From positions 558,001 to 622,000 of the forward strand of contig CM120649.1 in assembly GCA_051362555.1 (NCBI GenBank): 64,000 bases of DNA. The letters are read 5' to 3'. Of the stretch, positions 1-13,280 are shown one piece after another. The DNA comes from Lingula anatina. Its lineage: Eukaryota; Animalia; Brachiopoda. The position numbers were made by a program, and so were the translations under genes. Numbering within the stretch: the first letter of the stretch is position 1; every line of letters starts with the position of its first letter. Under the pieces are notes generated by a model that saw only the letters and a list, made by a program, of their open reading frames with translations, was not told the DNA's origin and made no database searches.

Positions 1-1330
1 GTAAGTTGATGAATGAATATATACAGAGGTACGTTAAAATGAGCTGATATTGATGTCGCAAATCACAAAATAATGACTATGATGGTTAGCATGTGACACA
101 ATTTCTTCATCATTCATCTTCTCTTAACTAACGTCACGGGAACATTGCACCAGGAGCTTTGATAAACCTCTGTATCATAACACCCCGCACTATCTTCTTG
201 TTTTGTTGACAAATTGTGTCCAATAATCCTCATTTGAGTCAGAAATGACCTTATTATCACTTCTGTTGTCGCTCTTAGATATTGGAATCAAGGTTTCAAG
301 AGATCGTCTTTCACGCCTGTTGTCTTAAGTCTTTGCATTTTCTTAGTTAAAAGTTTTTACGTCCTTGAGAAACCTTAAATTCCATTTAAGTAAAAAAAGA
401 TTATATATCTTACATTAGCTCTAAAATTGCACGAACTGTGCCTTAAAGGGCTATATGTTGCGTGTGACAGTGCCTAGTAAAATAAAATGATTCTCATCCT
501 TAGAGCTGACTTACCAGAACAGGTTCTAATATACTGTTCACAACATTTTCGCCTGCAGTAGGCAACTTTATATCTCACTCGATGAAGAACGTGAAATTTA
601 CTCGTAAAACACCGATGCTTTCATGAGCACACTGGGCGTTTTAAGAAAAGGTAATCAACACTTTTTTTTTGTCATATTGAAAATTGTTTTTGTAAATCAA
701 CGAAGTGCATTGTGCCCTTCTGAGCAAATCCATGATGTATATTTCAAATATATTGCACGAATGTTTCAAATATAGACGCTTATAACGAACTTGCGTCCAC
801 ACGCTTTAGCTATTTATTATAAATGATCAACCTCTTTCTGAAATGAATATTGTGAAAAAAGTCTAACGGACTCTTTGCCAGACGAAAGTGACCTTAATTT
901 TAATGACACACTGGTTGGTATTTTAACGTTAAAATGAACAGTTTAACATCTGCATAATATCCCCATTATTTTTCATGACTTGGTTTTAGACAAAATTATT
1001 CAAGTATTATTCATAAGTCAATTCTTTGTATCTGTTTGATGTTATATTTACTATTGATTTGATTGCCACAAAATCGATCTCAAAGCCAAACATAACTGTG
1101 ACAGTCCCATCGATTCCCATGGTTTAATAAAGTGGAATTGAATTTCTTTGCAATCTGTGACATTAAGAATGTTGCAAAGGCGTCACATAATTACATATAT
1201 CTGTATACATGTAGCTGTGCATGGGTGATGACTTAAATTATGCTATAATATATGATTAAAAAAATTGCTTCCACAAACGGTTGAGTCAGGGGGAGAGATT
1301 GAAGAACGCTGTATACTAATAACTTCAACT

Positions 1331-1462
<132 letters not shown>

Positions 1463-3564
1463 ACCCAGTTCTTATCTCTGCTAGATGATAAGAACGTGGG
1501 GAATTTCTTCTTAATTCTTTAAGCATAACTAAAATGAAATATGTGAATTAAGAAAAGTAAAAGCAGGGTAATCCCCGGAATTTTTTACATTCAATTTAAG
1601 TGAATTGCACTGACTATGTAAACATGCGAGTTTCCGCACTTACGTATTAGAATTGAGGTATTCCATAAATCAATCAGTAAATAGACGGAAACAGCGGCTT
1701 GTCCTCGACCACAAACCGGCTGGAAACGCGTGTATTTATTAAATGGAATTACTAATCTCACAACAGGCGATACAACATTTCTACCTCTAACCAAACAAGA
1801 GCTGAATACCCACATATGTTAGATTCCCAGATTCAGAAACATTCATCTAGACAAAATCTAAATGTGAATGACGACAGAGAATATGATCAGTGGATGGCGT
1901 ATATATTTTAGAGCAGAAGAAATTTGTATAAATTTCCCAAATTCCAAATTAAAGGATTTTCCTTTTCGATAATTTTTAAATTAAACCGTAGTCTCGGGGA
2001 TATCATTTATGTGAATATATTGCGCCAAACACGTGCTCTATTATAAATAGTACAAGATCTCAAATTTCAATGCTTCTCGTTTGACATGAGACATACTACT
2101 ACTTTATAACAAGCGACGCATTTCATTTTGTCTTTTTAACCAAAAAATCAGCCCTTATCTGTATTATGATTAAAAGCTCATTGCTTAAAAATTAAAACGA
2201 ATGAGATCAACCCGTCTTTTCCCTGTGTAGACGTAGTTCGTACGAGTGCACCAAGTTTACGACATGCTTCGTGTCTGGGAAAGTGAAGCCTTTGGTAGGA
2301 TGTGGTTGGTTTGGAACACGCGAACGTCACATAACGCACCTGTTCCCACGTGTCTATGACGTCAATTCCTACGCCATCTGGAGACGTCGCCTGAAATTAA
2401 TTTTTTTAACGATGAGGATGACATGGACCCAGAACAAGGTAGAAATGTTAGGAGTTTCCCAAAACTTAATCAGCTTAAACAGCTGCCGTTTTCAATTCAT
2501 GTACTTTTTAATATTACTCTACTTTTTAAGTTTGATTTTTCTTGATGAGCTGCTTATTAGCATCAATACACTTTTAATGTTCTCCTAGTGCATTTTAGTT
2601 ATCAAGCTTTATTAATAAATAGCTGTTTCTGTTTAAATTATTAAATTTGTAAATATATCTATATACCAATCTTTGCAATCAAATGGATGACGATTTTACA
2701 ACTGATGTAAATTATATGAGTACCTCTGGTTTTAGGTATCAGTTCATGGACATGTTCAAAATCCTCTCGATTTTCCCCGTTTCTGGAGCAACACACGTCA
2801 CAATTAGTGAAGCAACGCATGGTTCCGTATTACGGGGATGTGAAAAATATCATATCACATATAATAAATCGAGTGTCACATTGGTATAAGATTGTCTGCA
2901 GGTGGCAGCTGTTAATTTGAAGGAAGATTGTGCTTCCTATTAATGAACAGAAAACGCTGTTTTGATGAACCTTGACAATCTTCACATCAGTGAAATGACG
3001 CGGTCCTTTTATGAAACGGTTGCTTTAATTCTATTGTAATTGATATGATCTAAGGTAGGACAACATCCTCTGCCACAAAGGGCAATATGTATAGTCTTAA
3101 TTCGGGTAAAGTTGAGTGTAATATATTGTGATACTTTTTCACCGACAAAATCCACACTTTTGACAGAAGAAATGCGAAAAAGACAACACAAGCACTGAAA
3201 ACGTTAAGTTAGGTGAAATATTAACTATTACTTTACATTCGCGCTGAACATTTAACGGGCCTTAAAAGGTACAAATTATTTACTCTACTTTATGTCAAGT
3301 TAAATCAATACTTGTCCAATAAAATTAAAATTAAATTGAGCACCTGTTATAAAACACAAAAGAGCTACTGTTTCAGTTAAAAAACAGGACATTTAGTACG
3401 CATTTTGACTGCACAGCAGTATATACAGGAGTATATGCAGTTAGTACTTATACATGCAATTAGTACAAAAACGAACTCTCAGAATCCACATGTCTACAAC
3501 CATATTGCAGAACCATGAGCAGGATGCAAGAATGTTGTTAAGAAACCCTGAATACCGCGATAGG

Positions 3565-3760
3565 GTCAGCTTGACTTTCCATAAAGCCTTGATGACTCCA
3601 AATTACGAAAAAAGGGATTGTCTGAAGCCGATACTGGCCTCTTAATTGGCCTGTCGTAGCTCCACTGTCACCGGAAGCCAATGGTGTCTAAAATGTAGTT
3701 CCAATGGTGAAACTGCAATCTTTCCGATGACACCAAACTCTACCTATGTGTTTCAGCAAG
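3565..3760 (+). mobile_element. Decayed non-LTR (LINE, CR1/L2-like) reverse transcriptase fragment
   Basis: cttgactttccataaagccttgat (~3570) restores LDFxKAFD with two 1-nt indels. atctttccgatgacaccaaactctac (~3718) restores IF(A)DDTKLY with one indel. The motifs are in the right order but closer than usual. Confidence 0.5.
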
Positions 3761-4989
3761 TGTATGTCAAGGCGTTGCGAGGGTTTTCACGCAAACCAAT
3801 TGATTGTCTCACCTGCCAAGACTGCGGTATTGCCCACGTATTTATCTGCAGCATACACTATATAAACAATTGTTAGACGTACGATAAGAGATGTGCAAGC
3901 GTCTCCGGCGCTGCTTTGATATTTATGACAGTGTTGTGCGGGCAATGCATTGTGCTCATATGTTTGGTTCTGCTTGATTCTACGTATACGTTCAACATAC
4001 CTAGCAGCAATTAATCAAACCAGAAATCTGGAGCGTTCAGCTTGATTAACGGGCTTTGGCGCGCGTGTGGCGGAATTCGGAAGGCACTTGAGGAATTTGC
4101 AAAGAAATGGCGACTACTATATTTGACAGTGAGCGAGATTTTCAGGCGTATTAATAAGCGGAAGTTGTAGTGGTGAGGCTATAAGACGCGTTATTTTCCT
4201 GAACACTTTTTATGTGATTCAAACTTCGAAGACGTGTTTGATATTTTCATTTTGTCAGAGGAAAGCTTCCCTGAAACAATGTACACTGGTTAATGTGGAC
4301 AGGGCTGCAAAAAGTTTTTCACGACAATCAAACCAGTGGTATTTGTAGGAGACACCGGCAGATATTATAAATATTATCAAAGAACAACGCATTGACATTA
4401 TAGTAAGTATTGCACTAATAAAAAATAATAACCTAATTTTTTTATGAAAATGTTATGTAAAAATCTTTAGTGCACCGGCTATTTATGCGGTATCAAAGAT
4501 ATGTCGCGGAACCTTGTTTAGGAGCGAAATAGGGACGCTCTCTCCACATTTATGTGGCCATGCATTCAATTATTGATAGCGCATTTTTGCCATTTTACAT
4601 ACAAGATATATAGATTCAAAACATCAGGCATTTATATGAAAATATCTATTTGAAATGTTTATGACATGTACGTTTATCAGGTGGTTGTAACACTATAGTA
4701 TATCTTGAAGAAAATAGAACTGAAATTAGCTACAATTTAAGCTGCCAGAAACGTTTTTACTTTTTAATTAAAGCCGAACAGTCTTTAAGCAGTTTAATCA
4801 ACACAGGATCAGGTCGATCGACAAACACACGAAATTGATAGGTAATACATCAACGCAAAACTGATAACACAAAGTCGAAAATAAAAAAGACATTTACGAA
4901 TAAAATTTGTTGGTTATTTACAGGTCGGGAAGAAGAGTGCAAGTGATCGAAGGGCGTTTTTTTTTCAAGGCACGTTGAAAACAGGAGAG

Positions 4990-5534
4990 ATGAAGTTACG
5001 GACTATTCAAAACGCTCTATCAGAAACGCTAGTGATGGTCCTCATGTTCCCGTACTTGGTGGACACACTGTGCATGAAGCAAGCAGAAATGACTGACATT
5101 ACCAAGGAAGGGTACACCACAGTATCCGTAGAGACAAACGCATGTATGGAGATTATATCAAGTGCCATTAAACCCAGCCTGTCTGAGCGGGGGCTTGGAT
5201 TCGTGGACTTCAAAAGGCATTATTCAGATGAGTGCTGCTGCGCTGTCCAAAACTGGGTAGACAAACAGGTTAGTGTGTCTGTTTCCTTCGCTTCTCAGCA
5301 TGTAGTAATCGCTGCATAATTAAGAAGACAGTTAATTAAGAGCGTGTTTTTATCATTTTGATTATAGGCTAGCTGTCCCAACGTCCCCTGCATCTAACTT
5401 AATTAATTATTGAATGGCAATTAGCATTGAGATCTGCTGGCTACATGCCGGAAAATATTTGAATTACGTTATTGCCACACCCTAAATTATACTGTTACTT
5501 GCATCAGCTTTCTTTTCACTGTCGGTCCATTACC

Positions 5535-5592
<58 letters not shown>

Positions 5593-8500
5593 ATTAAAAT
5601 GATATCTATCAGGTGGGCATCATGTTCGTTAGGAAAAGTAAACAAGCATATATGGCTAGGTGTAGATCGGATTTTGCCCAAATTTCCTCATCCTTGCTTG
5701 GGCTCAGTTTCCGGGTTGTTGTGGTTCGATCTTGTTGTCATATTTCATCTAAAAATATGCTGACTCCAGCACGAGAGTGACAGAGCTCACGGTGCGATGG
5801 ACCAACGTCGGGTGTAGAGGTAACAGAGGTCGAAGACTGTGGTCTTAACACGATCATAAATTGTTTTGTATCCATAAAAGAAGGCAATCGAAGTGAACAA
5901 TTTGTTCACTGGAAAAGGGAAGTTGTATTTTACATGGTATATAATTACAGTTATAAGAACGCGTGGTGCAAATCAGAATTCTATCCTTTAGTTTATTTTT
6001 ATCAACTGAAAGCACATAGTGTAGTTAAAAAAGTACACGACATGAAAAATTTTTAGTCGAAGTTAAGTGAAATCACCAGTCGGCTCATTAAATGAAATAT
6101 TGGGCCCGTTTCATACAAAAGACATTTAATTACTTGGTAAGCTGATAAAGCATACCGGCGCATGCGCAGTTGTATTTTTAAACAGTACCTCTGTTCTTTA
6201 AACCTGTCAAAAGCGTCGCCTTCAACATTCATGATAACATCCTTTTTAAAATGTTTGCTTTTCCAACGAACAGAGCGAACATCAAACGGATCTCTTTATA
6301 TTGTTGGAGCGTGATGTAACTTTGAGCTCGTGTATTTCTTTGTTTTTCGGTGAATTCTTGGTGCTATAATCAAAGAGAAAACCGTCAACAGCTTGTACAA
6401 TGATAAAGAAAAATGAATGAACATAATGATTAAGGCTGGAGTAGCGTATCTTTAGTACATTTGATGCCTGCCTTGAAGCAAAATACGTCCGTCAGTGTCT
6501 GCAGAGTCTTTGGTAAAATGAAGGTGAAGCAAATAAGGGAAAAAAATACTATAATGTAGACATTTTGATATCCACATGAGTCAGAAAACTTACAGTGATA
6601 TCACTGTTTTACCAGCATCTAAACCTCGCAGAGGCACGAATTTGTCATCAGATTTCTCTAGAAGAGGTTCCTTTTTTTTAACAAGAGCCATGTTTCACTA
6701 AGATTCAATTAGAGTGCCTTGAGGAATCACCTCTATGTAAGAATGCAACTGTCAGCGTGCGTTCATGTTCAAGTTACGTCACCGAGGATTCCTCGAGGCG
6801 CTGCCTCTTCTAAATGAGGAAAGATTTCATGAGAATTCTTGGAAAAAAGACAGCGAAGACGGTAGGAGTTATTTAAAGTGAACGCTGGTAGACATTTCTC
6901 GGTAAATTGTAACACGTTTTATACTCACTCCCCTGCTTTGCTTTGTCATACTTTTCTGGATCAGCAGACGACAGTTGTGTCAGCATTAAATAGAGGGGGT
7001 GGGGGCCGCTGAGTGTCAAAAAAGGAGCTGTGAAAATCAAACGGATTTAACGATCTCATGCTTTAGAGCTTTAGATGATTCTTTTGTATCTGCGTCGTAG
7101 CGAGCCAAGGAGGCCAATTAAGAGCTTCTCCCAAGTCTGTTTACGCGTCTAGTCTAGCCCTGACCAGCCAAGCCCCAGGAAGTTGCTTTAAAAATATCAT
7201 ACTTTTGAAAATAGCTCCATGCATCAGTTTGGCACACCTTCAACATATACAGAAATAGATGAATAGTTGTCATTCCGACATTCCCATCTTATTAATGAAT
7301 GGTAAAAATCATGCACAGGAGAGATAATTTAGCAAGATGCTATTTGCAGACCACAGAAAACATGTTTTTAAGCTAGCCAGTCTGATTCGGTGAATAAATT
7401 ATGATCAAAGCCATAATTTGTCAAGGTTGAGCATGACTATGAAAAGAATGTAAATTGAAGGCTGATGTAATTGAAATTCAGTCTTTATTAACTGCCAACT
7501 AGCCACTGTACCGTAAGGGCAAATAAATATATCATTTCTCGTCCTGTTTTTCAACTAATACGTGAAATGACGGTGGAAACTTAATGGCGTTCACTAAACC
7601 TTTCTCCTGGCAAACAATGCTTACAGTTCGTTCCGTTTAAGTTCAAAAGGTGAAAGACACACGTGTCTTATCTCTTAGGTTTCTCTGTAATACACAGTAA
7701 CCATAGGGCGCGTTTCTGTGAATCTTTTAAATATGCAATTAACAAAATTGTTTTTAATTTGTGAATAGAAATACTTTGCCTAGCTGCCATGTTACTTTTT
7801 ACCTTTGAAAGTAATTTACATGCAGACTTAGGCCCCATTTCCATAGATTTTAGATCGATCTATCCCTGTGGGGAGTCTCACTAGATTACTATCAGATAAT
7901 CCGGCTTAAATGTCCGTCCCGCCTACTACAAGCTGTAAGGGGGTAATTAACTTTCGTGCCCGCTCGGCTGACAGCTATTTAGCGTGAACCCCCAGGGAGT
8001 TAGGTCGATCTAAAGTAGATCGATCTAATCTCTGGGAATGGGGTCTTAGGCGTGGGTTTAAAAATCGTGGGTCAGAAGTAGGTTTTCGATTCAAGACGAA
8101 ACTGTTGTCCTCTTTAAGACGAGATAAACTCTAAGTGGTAAGTTGAAAAAAAAGCAACAAGGCTTGTTTTTTCAAAAGAATAGAGATGGCTGAAACCTGA
8201 AATTTAATATCGTTTTTCAATTTGACATCTACTTACTTATCCCGGGTAGGAATAGACTAAAATTTCCGGCCTTGCAGTTCTGATCGTTTCGTTTGCATTA
8301 GCCTCTATGAAAATCTTAAACACGCCAGTGCGACCTAAAAGCATCTATTTTAGCTGTAAGTATCAATGGTGTGATTCCTGTCATAAGTCTCTCTAAAGGT
8401 CTACAACATTTGCCTAAGCACTGCAATATCTGCCCCATTAAGGGAGATGATAATTGAAAGAATTATTGGCATAATGCAAGTTCTGTTATTTCATTCTTGT

Positions 8501-8949
8501 ATTTCCGCTATGAACGCTGCCATCATTTCAACTGCACTGTGTTAGATTCCAACGCCAGGTGTATGAAACTCTTTTTCACACCATTCTTTAAAGGGTGACC
8601 TGTGCATTAACCGCCATCAGTAATGAGTCTGTAATGTTAGTAGCTCCATAATCAACATACATAACCATCTTATCCATCTTATTAGTGCAGGGGCGATACA
8701 ATAAAGCTATCAATTGCCGTATTATAAAGGCGTTTCATTTTGAATCATGTGTGGATTTCATCAGATCTTATGACATTATGAGATTATGACATTATGACAT
8801 ATACTGTAAATTAGTCTTCCTCTTCATTCCAGATACTACTGGTCAGTTTTGACAGGGATAAGCCACCGGAAGTGGTGAAGTACAGAAGAATTGAATCATG
8901 CCAATGTGTTCCGTGTAGCGAGGACAGAAGGAGAAGGCGGCGAAGGTGA
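4990..8949 (+). CDS. Divergent secreted cystine-knot protein, glycoprotein hormone alpha-2 (GPA2)-like; 2 coding exons (4990-5268, 8833-8949), 131 aa
   Basis: Exon 1 reads MKLRTIQNALSETLVMVLMFPYLVDTLC...VETNAC...PS...ECCC...DKQ and ends at CAG|GTTAGT (phase 0). Exon 2 follows ttcattccAG in frame: ILLVSFDRDKPPEVVKYRRIESCQCVPCSEDRRRRRRR*. It has a hydrophobic N-terminus, TNAC, CC and a terminal CxCxxC. Several canonical Cys are missing, so a pseudogene is possible. Confidence 0.6.
5537..5590. repeat. (AAT)n microsatellite
   Basis: Directly visible. Confidence 0.95.
7831..8045. mobile_element. MITE, PIF/Harbinger (Tourist)-like
   Basis: TIRs GGCCCCATTTCC...GGGAATGGGGTC flanked by TTA on both sides; a near-identical inverted copy lies at 17273-17487. 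Confidence 0.85.
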
Positions 8950-10358
8950 CATGTGACACTTTAACACAATGAAGCATACTGTCAATGACAATGACACTAC
9001 ATACTGGTGACATGATGGCGAAAGTTCAGATAAAGCGGATTAATTTAAGAACAATGCTTCTAAACAAGCGTGGAAAAGCGTGGAAAAATGCAAAGATCCT
9101 AAGATTATTTCGAAATATTCAAATGACAAACCCGGCGATCCGATTCCATACTTTTCTACTGATCTTAGTCATAGCGCCTTGCTAAATACACAGTTCATAT
9201 ATGGTTCTAAACCAAGACTACCACCCTGCAGGAAATAAAACTATTCAAAACCGCATATTTGGTCGTCTTTTTGGCAGGAAAGCTATCCTGTCTGTCATCT
9301 GTCTTTCTGACCGAGTGCCTGTGATGACGACATAAAGTATTCAAAGGCATTACGACGAATGAGTACTTAGGAAAGAAATGCTCGACGAAAGAAACAGGAG
9401 TATATATAAAGGCTTAAAGAAGTACCAAAAACGGCGTGGTGTGTGCTTGAAACATTAGGTGCCTCCACAAACACACGCACATATTGTAAGGGTATAATAA
9501 GAATGCAAGCTCTGGCCTTGGAACATTAAGGACAGCGCAGAGCCAGCAAAATGCTGAGACGGCATAAATGGGTTAGGCCAATGGAATATTGAGAAACAAG
9601 GGCAAGTAAATCGTTTGAGCCTATGAAATAATTAGAGACCAGGACGAGGTCTTATGAAATAGAAAGTATGATGAAGTAAATAGTTTAAGCTAATGGAATA
9701 GTTAAAAACTAGATCGAAGTGAAGAGTTTCAGCTAAAAAGAAAGATAAACGGAGTAAATGATTTGAACTACTGGTGTATTTTTACACATGCGGCTAATAA
9801 ATTGAAGAAGAGGGATGGTTAGAAACCAGGAGGAAGTAAATGTTTTGAACCAATGAAATAGCTGTAAACAACTTGGAGGAAGTATGATAATTGGAGGCAA
9901 ATTGCTAGGTACTCGGGTAAAGGGCACTAATTTGACGTGTGGCAAATAGGGCTTTATTACGGGTATGTGGGCGGCTATGCTACAGCTTTATTTATTTTCT
10001 GTTACAGCTTATGTGTAAAATTGCATTGATGTACATTGATGTTTCATTTTCGAATTTCGCCAGATTCATATTATCTTACATAGATATCCAATTCTCCGCC
10101 ATTAATGTTCATGTAATCCTTTGGGCATTGAATAGACCGAATGCCAAGGAATGTTCAATTATTGTAAATTGTTTTATCGTGTACAAATATGAGCAAGTTT
10201 GCAGTAAAGAATATCTCATTAATTGATGTTTAGAAGTATAAAAGTCATTACGTATAATGGAGAGTATTTTATTTGTGTTATAGCTTGATAAAAGAAAACT
10301 ATATCTGTATGGAAAATACTTATCCCGGTTGGGAGTAGAGGGAAGCTATGTCAAACAT

Positions 10359-10662
10359 TGATCGCATTCACAACGAGTTGAGCCAGGCTTTACAAATCCC
10401 GGGAGCTAAATGTGGCGGTCGTACATGAAAGAAAAACCGGCTAATCTTTTAATAGTCTCTCCGCCTCTCACACGCCTCCCCACACGTCGTCCCTGCGGGG
10501 GGACAATCATTAAATCTCGGCTCCATTGGGACGACACATGGGGAGGCGTGTGAGAGGCGGAGAGACTATTAAAAGATTAGGCGGTTTTTCTTTCATGTAC
10601 GTTCGCCATATTTAGTCCCCAGGATTTGTAAAGTCAGGCTCAACTCGTTGTGAATGCGATCA
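10359..10662. mobile_element. Foldback/palindromic MITE with ~135-bp arms
   Basis: tgatcgcattcacaacgagttgagcc... pairs with ...ggctcaactcgttgtgaatgcgatca; the inner core (attaaatctcggctccatt, ggggaggcgtg) is shared with 13039-13280. Confidence 0.85.
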
Positions 10663-13038
10663 TTGACATCGACCAAAAAGAGATGAGAAGTATTATGGTG
10701 CTATGGTAGTTTTAATTGGAACCAATAAACAACAGACCTGTTGAGGCGAAACTACTGATACGAACCGAGTCCGATTTCAGAGAAAATTGATTTTCTTGTT
10801 ACTCATTCTTCATTTAACAAAACAATTAGTCATGCGACTCAAAAAATATTTTTGATTGCATATTTTTTTAAATAATCATTCAGTCAAATACTTTTGTTTG
10901 GTTCGTCAAAAGCCAAACGCTACCAAAGCAGATATGGGTGCAATGTCAATTTTCCTGCAATCGATGTCTTGATAGGTTTAGATGTTAGGTAGATATAATA
11001 AGCAGTGTAATGATCAATCGATTTGGCCAAAGTAATGACATGAAGCCAATTGTATTTTAAACATTCCAGTTCTTATCTGTGATGTACAAAAAACAAGCAT
11101 GTAAATAAATTATTAAAAAGACGATGGGTATTGGGTTCATACGTTTGCTTAAGGGGTATGTGAATGCACGCCCTGACAGTCAACTATGGTTAGCGGCGGC
11201 TAATTTGCAATAAACCCGTTCATCTTTATTCGTAGGTGGATCCTCCTTTCATGTAATAGGTGCACTGATGGTGATAAAACTCAATTAGATGGAAATTACA
11301 AGGGACAAACAACTATCTAACATAACCATTACAGGTGGAATTATGCCAATGAGGAAAATTATCGCCTACATTGTATAAGAGAATTTTACGTAATTTGCAA
11401 ACTCCCCTCCCCCTTCTCTTTCTGGCAGTCTGGAATTGAAATGTTTAAGTTGCGAAACAGAATACATCGTCATACAGATATTCAATGGGCAATGTGATTC
11501 TAGAGGGCTTTCTATTTGTATTGTTGCTTGTGTTTGCAGTTCATTTAGTTTGCTCATATCAACTAAAGACCAAACATATTTGACGGGGAAACCATACATA
11601 ACTACTTCATCAGTGCGTCCTCGATTCTAGTACTTACCGTGCATGCTCACGAATATTGCGTTTTCTTAAATTTATATAGGTGTCTTTTTCTCACGTTGCA
11701 GATGAAGCGTGCGAGATTTTATCTCAGTAACATCGGTGCCATATTTATAATTTTATACGCATGCACAACGAAATCAACTCTTTAAAGGTTAACGTTGAAC
11801 CGGCTCATAAGATACAAACCCGATACTTTTTGATTATAGAGCTCAAGTGGAACTTTTCAATGAGAAAAGGACAAAAATATAACAGTTTGGAATGTCCGTC
11901 TTACTTGATCGGTTTGAAACGTCAGGATTAACAGACCATAAATTTGAAAACACGTTTTGTTTTTAAAGTGTTTATGGTTACCACAGTATTTCACTTTAAT
12001 GTGACCTTTTGAGAGATGGAAGGCAAAATATTTCAAGAGGATTTGCTCTTTAAAAGGACAAAAAGGAAGGTTTTGACTTTGAAAGTTGGACGGAATACAA
12101 AATGAATGGAAGGTCGAACGTTTTAGAATGCAAATGATTTTTAAATGGCTTCAGAAACTATTTTCTCACTTTAGATTTTTTAAAATATACAATGAATGTA
12201 TCGCTTTGGCGAGTTTCAAAATATGACCATATAATTTTCAAAACGCTTGAACAAAATTCCATATTCATAATGAAAATTATATTATAATACAAAAATTCCA
12301 CTGTATTTCCTTGGCAATAAAATTTTTAAAAAATGGAATATACGGCGCAATGTAACAAAAAAAAAAAAAAAAAAAAAAGGCAAGAACAGAACAAACAACA
12401 ACTGTAAAATGGAAAACTCATTTTGACACCTATTGTTTGCTTTTTTTCATAAAACCAATTCGGTATTTAAGCTCCTGTTAATATGTACATTCTGTTGCAA
12501 GTGTCTGCAAGTCTTCAAGAACGAATGCTATGTAATTACCTTCAACGCAAGTATCAATCATGGGTTACCCCGCAAGATTTATACCCTCTGATTTCTCCTG
12601 GTTTGATAGCCAAAACAACATGGGCTTCCACCTGTTTCCAAATGTACCATCCACCATCTGTCTGCGAACTTTTTCCGCCAAGCAAACATCTGGAGTAAGC
12701 ATTAAAATTCATTCATAAAACCAGACACAGGAGTGGACGACAAGAAAGAACATGTGGTTGAAATCACAAGAGCGAAATTTTATTTGACAAAATTAGGCCT
12801 GTTTCAAAGCCAGCAAATCTACATTTGAGGCATTGAATACGCACATGTACTTCGTTGCCCGTTCGAACATAGAAAAAGAACATATTTACACATGTTGTTA
12901 ATGAGAAATGATGACATTTAATAAGTACAGAAAACTACACGGAATCAGTACCACAATAAATTCGTGTCCTTCCAAAAGGTACACAGGTATTTCATACTGA
13001 CCACCTCGATGGATGTGATCTTACTACATATCACAGTG

Positions 13039-13280
13039 ACCATTCAGAATAGAAGATCCGAGTATCAACTGGCCCAAGGCTCAAATATGGCGAACCCTAC
13101 ATGAAAGGAAGACCGCTTAATCCTGTAATGGTCTCTCCTTCTCTCACACACTTCCCCTCGCACCGTAATTAAATCTCGGCTCCATTCGACCAGACGCGTG
13201 GGGAGGCGTGAGAGAGGCGGAAAGACCGCCATATTTGAGCCTTGAACCTGCTGATACTCGGATCTTCTATTTTGAATGGC
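13039..13280. mobile_element. Palindromic MITE related to 10359-10662
   Basis: TIRs ccattcagaatagaagatccgagtatca / tgatactcggatcttctattttgaatgg plus a shared internal core; accounts for ORFs 13065..13337 and 13169..13414. Confidence 0.8.

Noticed and set aside
1-330. GTAAGT at base 1 and a possible terminal exon at 279-328
   Set aside because: Too short to identify without upstream sequence.
4100-4410. ATGGCG start and exon-like segment ending in GTAAGT
   Set aside because: In-frame stops and no recognisable product; may be a 5' UTR exon of the cystine-knot gene but unsupported.
9200-9945. Possible decayed LINE on the minus strand (LFHWFKTF, LQGGSLG)
   Set aside because: Motif matches are too weak to support by eye.
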